DNA of 64,000 nt from Desulfomonilia bacterium (GTDB lineage Bacteria > Desulfobacterota > Desulfomonilia > UBA1062): contig CAXXDQ010000003.1 in assembly GCA_963664325.2 (NCBI GenBank), forward strand, positions 672,001 through 736,000. Reading direction: 5' to 3'. Shown one piece after another: positions 28,267 through 38,359 of this stretch (the stretch's first letter is position 1; each line of letters starts with the position of its first letter). The translations under genes and the position numbers were made by a program. The notes below the pieces were generated by a model. That model saw nothing but the letters and a program-made list of their open reading frames with translations. It was not told the DNA's origin and did not search any database.

Positions 28267-30462
28267 ATGGGTTCACTCGAAGAAGGAAATGAATATCATA
28301 CTCTTTCAGTAAAGGATCTTCTCGAGGCACGGGATGCATATCATGTTTTTCTTATGAGGAAAAAAAACGTTATTGGAACAGCAATCGGTTTATATCGTGT
28401 TTGCAAGGATAAAACAAAGCCCAGAACACTTAAGAACTCTGAAGTACGCAGCGGTTACTCATGGCCATGTGTGCTGGTGTTTGTAGAGGGATGGGTTCAA
28501 AAAAAGAGCTTTGGTAAGGCTCAAAAAGCATCATATAATGATTATATACCAAAATCTCTCTATCTCCCGGATGGTCGGGAAATCCCTGTGTGCGTTATAC
28601 TGTCAGAGTGGGGACAAAAAAATCCGGAAACAATTCTGAAGATGAAGTTTCCAGGAAATGTGATTGGCGGCGGTTATCCTATCATGACAAAAGTGCAAGG
28701 AGAAGAACGCTGGGCAACCCTGGGATGCCTAGTCAGTGATGGTAGGCTCACTTATGGATTGACTAACGCACATGTAACAGGTCAACCAGGCGAAAGCCTG
28801 TATACGATAATCAATGGCAATGAAGAAGAGATTGGTAAATCATCATCAAAAAACCTCAAGAAGATACCTTTTACTCAAGTTTATGAGAGCCTGCCTGGTA
28901 AACATGCATTGGTAAACCTTGATATCGGCCTGATCGAACTGAACGACATAAACAATGTCACATCGCAGATATTCGGATTAGGAAAGGTAATGGGTCTACT
29001 TGATGTTAATCATGACACATTGTCCCTTAAGCTCATTGGTTGTCCAGTAATGGGATTTGGATGTTCATCTGGTCTTATGAAAGGGGAGATTATTGCCCTT
29101 TTCTATAGGTATGAAACTGCGGGAGGATATGATTACATAGCAGACTACCTGATCGGTCCACGAAGTGAAAAAATCATGGTTGGTAAGTCATCCTTTAGCC
29201 CTAGGAAGGGTGACTCTGGGACCTTGCTGGTGATAGACAAACCTAAAAGTTCTGAACATATGAAGGCCATAGGTGTTCTGTGGGGTGGACAAAAAGATAT
29301 CACTAATGAATCCGAACAGCCTTATGGTTTAGCGACAAACCTTGGGACTATATGCAAGAATATGGACATTGAGCTTGTGTCTAGCTGGAACTCAAACTAT
29401 GACACTTTTTTTGGTGCATATGCCCACATAACATTGCCAGGAATGTGTCTCAAAGTGATCAAAGATAAAAAGTTGAAAACGCTTATGGAGAACAATGCTG
29501 ATCGATTCAGCTTGCCACTTGAAGAGACTGCTGTGAACGATACTAAGGGATTGAGCAAGAAGCATTTTGTTCCATTGTCCGATGTTCCAGACTTAGTATG
29601 GAAGAGTAGAGGTGGAGAATTCCAGCGGAGCAAGGAAGGGCCGAACCATTTTGCAGACATGGATCAGCCCAATCCATCAGTTGGCGGCAAGACCCTTCTT
29701 GATATATGTGAAAATGTTAAAAATATTGATCCCGATGTGTGGGTGAACTTCTATAAAGAGTTAAAGGCCAAAGACATGGGAGCATTGCCGTTCAGGATAG
29801 CACAAATATATGACGCACTTGTTAAGTTTGCCAGGCAGGGACATGTAACTAATTTCATCTGCGCAGCTGGCATACTGTCTCATTATGTTTTTGATTCATG
29901 TATGCCACTCCACATCAGCTATATGCACCATGGGGATCCTGACGGGCCAAAAGATAGTAGTAACAAATCAATTTCGTACAATGTACATGCCGAATTCGAT
30001 AACCAGATGGTTGAATACTACGTTGAAACACTCAGGAATAACCTGGATAATTATGTGAAGGAAAAAGATGATGTAGGTGAACCAGTAAAACGAGGGAGCA
30101 TAAAAACAACAAAAGATGCAGCTAGAGCAGCTGTGACATTGATGTATAACACAGTGAATAAATATGCGAACCCTAAGAACATAGTGAAGGATTATGAGAA
30201 ACTGGTTGATGAGAATAAACGTGCACGCTGTGCCCAGTTGTGGGATAAATATGGGGAAGGAATGCAGCACGCAATGGCAGAGGCCGTTGTACTGACAGCC
30301 CGATTGTGGGAAGCTGCTTGGGACAATGGAAATGGGAAAAACAACATCCACAATACAGATTCCATTCCTGAAGACGACCTGAAAAAACTCTATGAGACAA
30401 AGACAGGATTTCTTGACTCAGTTAGACTCTCAGAGATCAAGGGTACTATGACATGGACATAG
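28267..30462 (+). CDS. Nal1-like trypsin-fold serine protease fused to an S1/P1 nuclease / Zn-phospholipase C domain
   Basis: TNAHV / NLDIG / GDSG triad; FGAYAH, DVPD, NHFADMD, SHYVFDSCMPLH, VHAEFD Zn ligands; RBS AGGAGG before ATG 28267; no signal peptide. Confidence 0.8.
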   Translation: MGSLEEGNEYHTLSVKDLLEARDAYHVFLMRKKNVIGTAIGLYRVCKDKTKPRTLKNSEVRSGYSWPCVLVFVEGWVQKKSFGKAQKASYNDYIPKSLYLPDGREIPVCVILSEWGQKNPETILKMKFPGNVIGGGYPIMTKVQGEERWATLGCLVSDGRLTYGLTNAHVTGQPGESLYTIINGNEEEIGKSSSKNLKKIPFTQVYESLPGKHALVNLDIGLIELNDINNVTSQIFGLGKVMGLLDVNHDTLSLKLIGCPVMGFGCSSGLMKGEIIALFYRYETAGGYDYIADYLIGPRSEKIMVGKSSFSPRKGDSGTLLVIDKPKSSEHMKAIGVLWGGQKDITNESEQPYGLATNLGTICKNMDIELVSSWNSNYDTFFGAYAHITLPGMCLKVIKDKKLKTLMENNADRFSLPLEETAVNDTKGLSKKHFVPLSDVPDLVWKSRGGEFQRSKEGPNHFADMDQPNPSVGGKTLLDICENVKNIDPDVWVNFYKELKAKDMGALPFRIAQIYDALVKFARQGHVTNFICAAGILSHYVFDSCMPLHISYMHHGDPDGPKDSSNKSISYNVHAEFDNQMVEYYVETLRNNLDNYVKEKDDVGEPVKRGSIKTTKDAARAAVTLMYNTVNKYANPKNIVKDYEKLVDENKRARCAQLWDKYGEGMQHAMAEAVVLTARLWEAAWDNGNGKNNIHNTDSIPEDDLKKLYETKTGFLDSVRLSEIKGTMTWT

Positions 30463-30530
30463 GCAATAATGGCCGTCCTGGAACTTCTATATGACTGCCT
30501 TTTAAATGAGTCCAGGACGGCATTGCCTAT
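30459..30530. terminator. long hairpin after the protease-nuclease gene
   Basis: ATAGGCAAT..GCCGTCCTGGA ... TCCAGGACGGC-ATTGCCTAT inverted repeat. Confidence 0.5.
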
Positions 30531-30761
30531 CTGTTAATTATACATCGGAGCAAGGCTTACTACCTATCTTTAAGAAATGAATATCTCCAATTGTCAGCAG
30601 ATTGAATATCACTACGATGAATGAGAACTTTTACTGCACCCGGATAAATTATGATTTTCTCAAGATATATGAACTTTTTATGAGGCCGATAAATGATAAC
30701 TATTGTGCCTCTATATTCAGTTTTTAAAGGAGAATCTTTTTGTAAATATAACTTTTGCAGA

Positions 30762-30824
30762 TGATAACGGTCACGCTCAGCCGCTTGTGAAGCGAAGCAA
30801 ATCGGCTAGAATGCTGTGTTGGGC
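30762..30824 (-). other. integron attC-like site (63 bp)
   Basis: GCCCAAC-acagcattctagccgatttgcttcgcttcacaagcggctgagcgtgacc-GTTATCA. Confidence 0.7.
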
Positions 30825-30885
30825 TGCTTTTGTTGTTATGAAAGTACATTCCATTGGTGGGCCATTCCCACTTCATTTACACACT

Positions 30886-31473
30886 TCACTTATCAGCGGA
30901 CATAGATTTCCGTTGATTCTTCATTCCCTGCATGGCTTGCTCGTACTGTGTCATCACGTGGTCAAGTCCTGCCTTTATGTCATCGTAAAATTTCTCCGGC
31001 CAAGGCTGGCCCTTGATATAACTGGTATTTATACCTAATTCCCCCATCGCTTTCTGAATTCGCTCTTGGGTTGAATGCCGCAGATAATTATAGAAGCTCT
31101 CAGGAATATCTGCTCCCTCTGCAAGAAATAGTTTTGTTTTCAAAATTAACCGCATCTCGTCATGCAAGGGCTTAAAATAATCGTGATACAGAAAATCTCG
31201 CCCCTTCGTTTGAAGTTCGATGGGAAGGTGACGATCATCCAGCGAAATATCTTCTTCCATCAAAGCGGATTGCAATTCTTCACAAACAAAGATCTGCACC
31301 ACAAGATTAAAAAGCGGTCCGTAGAATTCTTCAATCTGACGTTCAAGATACTTTACCCTCAATTCTTGACGCCGCTGGTACATTTCACGTTGCTTCGTAA
31401 GATAGTATGCTACAAACCATCCGGCAATCGTGACGAGCACTCCCAAGAAACCTAAGAGAATATTCGTGTCCAT
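30886..31473 (-). CDS. hypothetical protein with N-terminal TM helix (cassette-like)
   Basis: TM helix then YLERQIEEFYGPL; GTTATAT core at 31490-31496 upstream and attC downstream. Confidence 0.75.
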   Translation of the reverse strand: MDTNILLGFLGVLVTIAGWFVAYYLTKQREMYQRRQELRVKYLERQIEEFYGPLFNLVVQIFVCEELQSALMEEDISLDDRHLPIELQTKGRDFLYHDYFKPLHDEMRLILKTKLFLAEGADIPESFYNYLRHSTQERIQKAMGELGINTSYIKGQPWPEKFYDDIKAGLDHVMTQYEQAMQGMKNQRKSMSADK

Positions 31474-32037
31474 AGTTTACCTTGTCAAGATATAACAGCT
31501 TTTCAGATACTGGCCCACCCAACTATCAATTGGTAGAAATTCTATGCACAACATTCATTTTTTATTTCTTACATTAAAAACTGAAAGAAATATGAAAGTC
31601 AAGCTTGTTATTATAGTGAAACTTCTTAATATTACATAAAATCAGTGAATAGTCCGGTATATAAATATTTAATGAACATTATCTTTCTTCAATATAACAA
31701 TGAAGTTCTATTATTTGAATTTTATAAAGGATATAAAAATCGATTTGCCGAAAAGTTTCCATATCATTGTAACGATTTGTTATGATTACATTTGAAGATC
31801 ATAACAACCTGGTTATAGTTATGAAGTATTAGTTATCTCTATTCATATTAAAGCTTAGATATCTGCGATATATATTCATTTTTGATATGCATGAAAAAGC
31901 GATGATATTATTCTGATATGTTCATAGGCTCAAGCATCAATGACTTTAGTGAAAGGGAACGTTCCCACAGAAACATCCAGAACATCATCATAGACCCGAC
32001 TAGGCCTAATTGTTTATCAGGTTTACTTTGAATTTAA

Positions 32038-32223
32038 TTATAACTGCTCCTGGCTGCACAGCTTATCCAGTAAATATTCATCACCATAATCCTCAAGGGA
32101 TTCTACAAACATGGTTATCATATCAGCGATAACCTCTGATAACTTGCTCTCGTCCGGCAATATTTCTCTGAAAAATTCATATTGCTCTTTATTTAATGAA
32201 ATGGTGATCCGTATACAAGCCAT
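32038..32223 (-). CDS. small ribbon-helix-helix-like protein
   Basis: RITISLNKEQYEFF...LSEVIADMI pattern. Confidence 0.45.
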   Translation of the reverse strand: MACIRITISLNKEQYEFFREILPDESKLSEVIADMITMFVESLEDYGDEYLLDKLCSQEQL

Positions 32224-32334
32224 AAGAGAGGTTATCGGTAATTGAGAGGGAAAATAAAAAATACTGGGTTCAATAGATAATTGGCACCGCTTGGCCGGTG
32301 AAGACCTGTCTTAATTATTTGCCGTGTAAAAAAA

Positions 32335-32356
32335 TACTGGGGCAGCGCTGGGGCAA
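32335..32356 (+). repeat. putative integrase arm-type binding sites (right end)
   Basis: TACTGGGGCAG-CGCTGGGGCAA, same orientation and 11-bp period as 904-925. Confidence 0.75.
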
Positions 32357-32427
32357 ATGGAGAAAAAACAAGATTAAGGGTTAAAGATGGAATGCTATTA
32401 TAACCTATATAATAGCGATTTAACAAG

Positions 32428-32512
32428 TGCCCGGGGCGGGGGTCGAACCCGCACGGCCTCAGAGGCCGAGGGATTTTAAGTCCCTTGTGTCTGCCGATTC
32501 CACCACCCGGGC
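32428..32512 (-). tRNA. tRNA-Leu (anticodon TAA)
   Basis: GCCCGGG acceptor stem, TGGAATCGGCAGACAC D arm, AGGGA-CTTAAAA-TCCCT anticodon arm, long variable arm, GTTCGA T loop; CCA not encoded. Confidence 0.97.
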
Positions 32513-32648
32513 ATGACGTTTTTTGCAAACTAATATTAAGTGTTTAAACATGTCAAGCTATACATATAAAGGTAATGACAAATAAACTCTCGATATGTGT
32601 TCTGGTTTTCTTCAGACAACATAACACAGATAGTCTACGCAAGATTCA

Positions 32649-33782
32649 TTAAAAAACATACCGCCCGCCCACGCCTGCATTCAGTCCGTAATAATTATTT
32701 TTCTGATCTGGATGGTTAATGTTTTTATCGTCAATAAGGTTAAAAATCCCGGCTGATATGTTCCATTTGAAATTGTCAGAATGTTTCATTTCAATTCCCC
32801 CTGACAGTTCAAGCTTTGTCCTTGAACCTATATAATATGGAGAATCTTCCGAATACGCGTTGGGGCCGAGATACATGAAAGCCAGACCGCCTATAAGCGA
32901 TGTTTTCGTATTAAGAAAGTATTTATATAAGCCGCTTGCATCATATTCCTGGCCATGACTGTTTCTGGGTTCGGGAGCAAAACCTTCTTCGCCCATAAAT
33001 TCACTTTTCGCACGGACTACCATGCTGAGATCAAGGTCGACTTCATATGAAGGTTTCGAATAGACGCCGTTGACGGAAACAGCGAACATGTTCCCTTCTT
33101 TGTAGTACTCGTTGCCGTCCTGCTTGTCTTTGCCGTATATGGCATATTCAAGGAACAGGTTGGCCTGCCAGTCATCGCTAATCAGGTATCCGCCTTTTGC
33201 AGTAAACGTAACAATATCGCCCGGGTCATACTTCTGAAGCTGGTCGCTGAAATCATATTCGCCCTGCCAGAGGAAACCTGCGCCCAGGCCCGCGATCCAT
33301 CTATCCCACTCCTTTGATACCGCCAGATAAGGATTGACGTTAAAACCTTCTCCGTATGTCGTGATAGGCATAAGGTCGGGTATTGTCAGCAACACCATAT
33401 CCGATTGAGGCAGGTTTGTTTTGCCGGTGGGGATGTTGAGTCCAAGTCCGAAAAGCATATCAACAGGCAGTTTGTCTTCAATCTTGTATGTTCCGTTCAG
33501 TTTGGTATCGAGAAAGTGAGTCAGAGTCGCACTGTCTGCGCCGGACTGTTCTACATGCGTATAGACCAGCGCATTGAGTAGTGAAAATTCAAAATCCTTG
33601 AAGACTGCTTCCAGCGTAACAGGTATAAATGTCTGAATGCCGGTATCGGAATGATTGTCCCGCCATGCATTGAGCATAAGGCCGGATTCCGCTGAATAAT
33701 TCTGTGCGTTTAAGGGGAACACAAAAAAAGAAGACAGACATGAAATCATGAATATCCGCATCAGATAATAAGGCTTTCTCAT
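32649..33782 (-). CDS. outer-membrane beta-barrel protein
   Basis: Signal peptide, alternating amphipathic strands, C-terminal YVF. Confidence 0.75.
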   Translation of the reverse strand: MRKPYYLMRIFMISCLSSFFVFPLNAQNYSAESGLMLNAWRDNHSDTGIQTFIPVTLEAVFKDFEFSLLNALVYTHVEQSGADSATLTHFLDTKLNGTYKIEDKLPVDMLFGLGLNIPTGKTNLPQSDMVLLTIPDLMPITTYGEGFNVNPYLAVSKEWDRWIAGLGAGFLWQGEYDFSDQLQKYDPGDIVTFTAKGGYLISDDWQANLFLEYAIYGKDKQDGNEYYKEGNMFAVSVNGVYSKPSYEVDLDLSMVVRAKSEFMGEEGFAPEPRNSHGQEYDASGLYKYFLNTKTSLIGGLAFMYLGPNAYSEDSPYYIGSRTKLELSGGIEMKHSDNFKWNISAGIFNLIDDKNINHPDQKNNYYGLNAGVGGRYVF

Positions 33783-33810
33783 TTACAACCCCTCTTTATT
33801 CTCGATAATA

Positions 33811-36699
33811 TCACGGCCACAATCTAACCAGTGAGAAATCTATGGCATCGTTCACCACCAGACCGACTCCCCCGGCTGCGACAATTTTTCCGTCCGGCTG
33901 CATGGACATGGCGAAAGCCCCTGTATCAACGTCCATTTTAATTATCAGGTATCCCGTGCCGCTTGCAAATGTTGAATCCAGAGATCCGTCGGCAGTTAGC
34001 CTTGCCACTATCATTGAGTGCTCCTGGTCTGTGTTTCTGACCCATCCGGCAAGGTATATTTTGCCGTCCGACGGATTTACATCGATTGCATAACAGGATG
34101 CGGCTTCATATCCGGGAATCTCTATCGTCTTAATGCCGCTGGCATTATCTCCAAAGTCCGGATCAAGGGCCCCTGTCGCAAGATTATATTTGGCGACTGC
34201 GATCTTATACATTTCAGTATACTCAATGCCTGTATTGCCGGCTGCAATGATGCTGTCCTGTGTTATTGCAATTGCATTAATTTCGGAATGCACTTCGTCT
34301 CCTATCTGGGTCAGCACATATCCATCCGGAGAGCCGAAAGAAGTGTCAAGGCCTGTGCCGTCGGCATTGAATTTTGCGACCAGGAACACCCATCTTGAGG
34401 TATTTGAGAGATATAACATACCTGCTGCTATAATCTTGCCGTCTGCAGGGACTATCGCCGCAGCGTTTGCAGTCACAGAAGTAAAGGGTTCAATTTGCAG
34501 CATTGAATAGCCATTGGAGCCGAATGATGTATCGAGAACGCCGGATTCGAGATACCTGATGAGCATGAAGTCATCTGAATTCTGGGTGGTGCTGTAGGCG
34601 TCTCCAACTGCGATAATGCCCCCTGACTGGTTCTGGTAGGCCATTGACCTGAATTTCGCATGCGAATAATTCGGAGGATTGGGGACGATAAGCATATCGG
34701 TGTCTTCGTTTATTGAGCCGTCCGGGCCGTATTCGGCAAAAAGGAAATACTCTTCCATATTATCTTCTGTGAAATAATATCCCCCTGTTATTATCTTTCC
34801 ATCGGGCATCAGCACTGCAGAATATGCCGAGTATGCCTTATAGTATATATTGGGTACCGGGGTTATGACAGTTCCGCTGTTTCCGAAAGATGAATCCGGT
34901 GAGCCGTCAGTATTGTATCTGGCCAAGGCTATTCCCGGTCCCGAACCGTTTGTTGTAAAACCCGCTGCAACAAGTTTTCCATCAGGCTGTATAATAAGAG
35001 ATTTCACCTCGGCATCCGCATATCCCATAGGAGTTCGGGCGCTCCCGTTATTGCCGAAGCCTGTGTCGACTGAACCGGCAGGGGTAAATTTCGAAACAAG
35101 AGACATATGTCTGTTGAAAGCCGATGATGTGGCACAAACACCTATAGCGACTATACTACCGTCGCCGAGCACTTGTGATGATATTGCACGATGAACGAAC
35201 CCATCCTCAAGAATGGTGATGCCATTAATACCAAAGCTCTCATCCTGGGTCATGTCTGCATTTTTCTTTACTATTGTCGCTTGAGGTGTAAATTCACCGC
35301 CGGAAAAACCTGTGCAGATTATTTTGTTGTCAGGCAGGATATTTATGCTCCTGATTTCTGAATAGCCTTTATCATCCAGCATCGTTCCTGAAATCTCGGC
35401 AGCTCCGCCAGATGTATTGTATGTCGCAAACGCCATTATATTATTGACGCCTGTTGATACAAATCCTCCTGCAACTATTCGACCTGAATTGTCTATGGCC
35501 AGTGATTGAATGACAGACCTATACAAGCCGATATCGGTAGCCACAACGCCTGTGATGCCTATGTTCGAAGCGAACGAGGAATCGATGTCACCGTTTGATG
35601 AAAATCTAGCTACAGTAAATACATTGTGGAGAAATGAAGAATTACCAAATGAATACCCGCCTGCGACGATTCTTCCGGAAGGGTCAAGGGCTATTGAATT
35701 GATGCAGGCGTCACTTGTCCCGACCGGGAAGGCTACATAGCCGTTTGGCGCCCCGAAGTCTGTATTGTCAAGCGAGCCGTCCGGGTTATATCTTACCAGA
35801 GTGAAGACGCTGATATTTGAAGACATTAAATGGATGCAGCCGCCGGCGAGGATTTTCCCGTCATTCTGTACAGCCAGAGAATATATGGCCCCGTCGTCGC
35901 CCAATATGGATGTAATGACAATTCCTGTTTTATTGGACCCGAAACCGGCATCAAGTGTCCCGTCAGGATTATACCTTGCAATAGCCCATTTGAATTTCCC
36001 GGCGGAGTTGTCCCAGAAACTGCCTCCTGCAATTATTTTTCCGTCCTTTTGTATTGCAAGCGAGTTGATTCCGGCCAAGTTAAGATCGGTCATGACGATG
36101 CCTTTCTCCCCGAATGCCTGATCCAGTGACCCGTCGGTATTATACCGGGCAAGAGCGAATAATTTCTTTTGACCTTTTAAACACGTCCCTCCTGCGACGA
36201 TTTTTCCGTCGCTTTGAATCGCTGAGGCGTTCATTTCCGCGTTGGCGAATCCCATGGAAGTCCTGACTTTGCCTCCATCCCCGAAACTGACATCGAGATC
36301 CCCTGTTTTCGGCGGACTGACTATGAGTACGCCGGCGTCATTTGTCACGCCCCCTTCAATCTTTATGCCTGTTTTTTCTACCGTATAGAGTATCTTGCCC
36401 GAAGCGTTTTTCATGTAGATGACAAGGGTGTAGTTCTCTCCGACGGGTATGTTTTCAAGAGAACCTGAACGGGCGCTGCACGCCCATGGGCCGCCTGTTG
36501 CAAGTGTTGCGCCTGAGGCGTCCTTTATCTCGGCGGTAACGTTGTCTATGCCGTAGAGAGTACAGTCAAAAGACTCTCCGGTCGATACGGCCTGACCGTG
36601 CATTTTAACGGAGAAACTGAGCGCTCCCGAATCGCCGCCGTCTGAACCGCAGGCCTGGAGAAGCAAAAGCAATGATATGATGAAAATCGCCTGGGTCAT
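33811..36699 (-). CDS. delta-60 repeat (beta-propeller) lipoprotein
   Basis: Lipobox LQAC after ATG 36699; many IQ.DGKIVAGG...ARYN.DGSLD.SFG..G repeats. Confidence 0.88.
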   Translation of the reverse strand: MTQAIFIISLLLLLQACGSDGGDSGALSFSVKMHGQAVSTGESFDCTLYGIDNVTAEIKDASGATLATGGPWACSARSGSLENIPVGENYTLVIYMKNASGKILYTVEKTGIKIEGGVTNDAGVLIVSPPKTGDLDVSFGDGGKVRTSMGFANAEMNASAIQSDGKIVAGGTCLKGQKKLFALARYNTDGSLDQAFGEKGIVMTDLNLAGINSLAIQKDGKIIAGGSFWDNSAGKFKWAIARYNPDGTLDAGFGSNKTGIVITSILGDDGAIYSLAVQNDGKILAGGCIHLMSSNISVFTLVRYNPDGSLDNTDFGAPNGYVAFPVGTSDACINSIALDPSGRIVAGGYSFGNSSFLHNVFTVARFSSNGDIDSSFASNIGITGVVATDIGLYRSVIQSLAIDNSGRIVAGGFVSTGVNNIMAFATYNTSGGAAEISGTMLDDKGYSEIRSINILPDNKIICTGFSGGEFTPQATIVKKNADMTQDESFGINGITILEDGFVHRAISSQVLGDGSIVAIGVCATSSAFNRHMSLVSKFTPAGSVDTGFGNNGSARTPMGYADAEVKSLIIQPDGKLVAAGFTTNGSGPGIALARYNTDGSPDSSFGNSGTVITPVPNIYYKAYSAYSAVLMPDGKIITGGYYFTEDNMEEYFLFAEYGPDGSINEDTDMLIVPNPPNYSHAKFRSMAYQNQSGGIIAVGDAYSTTQNSDDFMLIRYLESGVLDTSFGSNGYSMLQIEPFTSVTANAAAIVPADGKIIAAGMLYLSNTSRWVFLVAKFNADGTGLDTSFGSPDGYVLTQIGDEVHSEINAIAITQDSIIAAGNTGIEYTEMYKIAVAKYNLATGALDPDFGDNASGIKTIEIPGYEAASCYAIDVNPSDGKIYLAGWVRNTDQEHSMIVARLTADGSLDSTFASGTGYLIIKMDVDTGAFAMSMQPDGKIVAAGGVGLVVNDAIDFSLVRLWP

Positions 36700-36815
36700 G
36701 TTCAAAACACCCCGGTCGGCAATTGACCGATGGGATGTGATTAAAGATCTATTTACGGGTATGAAGCCCTCATTTGACATTGACAGTAATCCTTCGTTTG
36801 TTATTTTCATAGGTT

Positions 36816-37742
36816 TCACCATGTGAAGTTGATTTTTCCGGTTTTTGATTCTTTTTCTATATCATTCGGGTTGGATTTTCTGAAAGTTGCCGTATTCATG
36901 CTTATACTGGCTGTTGTGGAATTCTGGTTTTCCATTTCCTTGATTGTGGTATCCGTCCTGACATTCTTGGGTGCAAGCTTCATGTTCTGAAGCTGCCTTG
37001 ATGCATCGGCAGCGGGTTTCAGGCCGGGATCGGCAATTCTCGCCTTTTTGTAATAGACGGCAGCCTGTCTGTAATTTCCCCTGTCGCTGCTGTCCAGGCC
37101 CAAAGAAAAATAATACAGCGCCTTATAACTCGTTGTGAACGGTTTCTTCAGCCTTTCCATCTGTTCCTTGCTTAAAGATATGTTCAATTGGTCACAGATT
37201 GCGAACAAAAGCTGCTTTTCGATGTCGAATATGTTGTCCAGCTCTCCATGAGCCGAAGGCTTTCCGAGTATCTCTTTAGTCCTCACTCCAAGCAGGTAGG
37301 ATGAAGCCTCGATACCCGTAGCTCCAGAGCTTGAAATATCTCCGCCAATAATATAGTTGGCCCTTAGAAGCTTCCCGATTCTCGGGGCGGCCTGAACATC
37401 CACAATCCCCGAGGCGCCCATTTTAAGCTCTTCCACAAGGGCCTGAAGTTTTACCCTTTCCAGGAGGTTTATGCCGGGGACTTCGGCCAGATCGGTCATA
37501 AGCATGAATGCAAAACCCTTCTGCAAAGGGTTAAGATCGGCCTTCCCCGATTTGTTGTTAAAATAAAGTACAGCCAGATTATTGCCTGAGGGAGAGGCAT
37601 CAAGGTTTTTCTCCTGCCTTATCGCCTCCTTCGCCCAGTCAAGCTCGTTTTGCGTAATCACATCTCCTGCAGAAGCCGCCGTGTTTGAAGCCAGGAGCAG
37701 AACAGCAACTAAAACAGACTTAAAGCCTTTTATCGGACTCAT
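36816..37742 (-). CDS. CsgG/HfaB-family (TolB_N-like) periplasmic protein with TPR
   Basis: LAVLYFNN, LMTDL..VPGINLLER.KLQALVEEL, APRIGKLL.A; C-terminal TPR-like helix pair. Confidence 0.8.
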   Translation of the reverse strand: MSPIKGFKSVLVAVLLLASNTAASAGDVITQNELDWAKEAIRQEKNLDASPSGNNLAVLYFNNKSGKADLNPLQKGFAFMLMTDLAEVPGINLLERVKLQALVEELKMGASGIVDVQAAPRIGKLLRANYIIGGDISSSGATGIEASSYLLGVRTKEILGKPSAHGELDNIFDIEKQLLFAICDQLNISLSKEQMERLKKPFTTSYKALYYFSLGLDSSDRGNYRQAAVYYKKARIADPGLKPAADASRQLQNMKLAPKNVRTDTTIKEMENQNSTTASISMNTATFRKSNPNDIEKESKTGKINFTW

Positions 37743-38359
37743 ATAAAGTACCTCCATAATGGCCAGATCCGGAAAACGGCGGATCCGTGAACAAATGAAT
37801 TTTTAACGTTGCTGTTGTTGACAAGGTCTGACTAGGAATTCTATGTTGTCCCGCTTTATCCTCACCTGAAACATAGCAGTCAGAGGCCGGCAGGAGGAGT
37901 AGTGTATCATTAAATGACATGCACATTGGGACACTTCCGATTGCAGGATTTGTTGAACTTCTATCTTTCATAATAACCATCCTGGAAATTTATTAAGAAA
38001 GAAAAGCCGTGATGCGTTAAAGTAATAATTCACATAAATATTTTAAAAGTCAAACCCTGCTTTGCGATCGACACGTATAATTTTTTGTTTTGACATGCTC
38101 CAACTCGACAAATCATGAATGAAAAACTTCTGATTGCATGGCTTTTGCGGTAAGCAGATTATTTGATTGGCCGATTATTCTGGGAACTGTGTTTGATCTG
38201 TTTGAAGCCGGAGATGACCTCTTTCGCGAATTTCATGCAACCTGAAAACATCTGCATTGAAGTTGTTCCGAATGATAAGGAAAAGCTCCCATGTGGCGCT
38301 TGTCCTTTTGGCAGGCCTGTGTTAGGGAATTTTTTGGATGAATCACTGGAGGTGCTCTC

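Larger units (their letters stand above)
732..32486. mobile_element. tRNA-Leu-integrated genomic island, phage-satellite (PICI)-like, ~31.7 kb
   Basis: Exact 59-bp direct repeats at 732-790 and 32428-32486 (tRNA 3' part), integrase next to one repeat, replication/packaging-type genes, visibly AT-richer cargo. Confidence 0.93.

Noticed and set aside
945-32427. Complete prophage or ICE
   Set aside because: No TerL, portal, capsid, tail, lysis, relaxase or T4SS gene recognised
32232-32528. 98-aa ORF
   Set aside because: Reads through the tRNA and att arm sites; spurious
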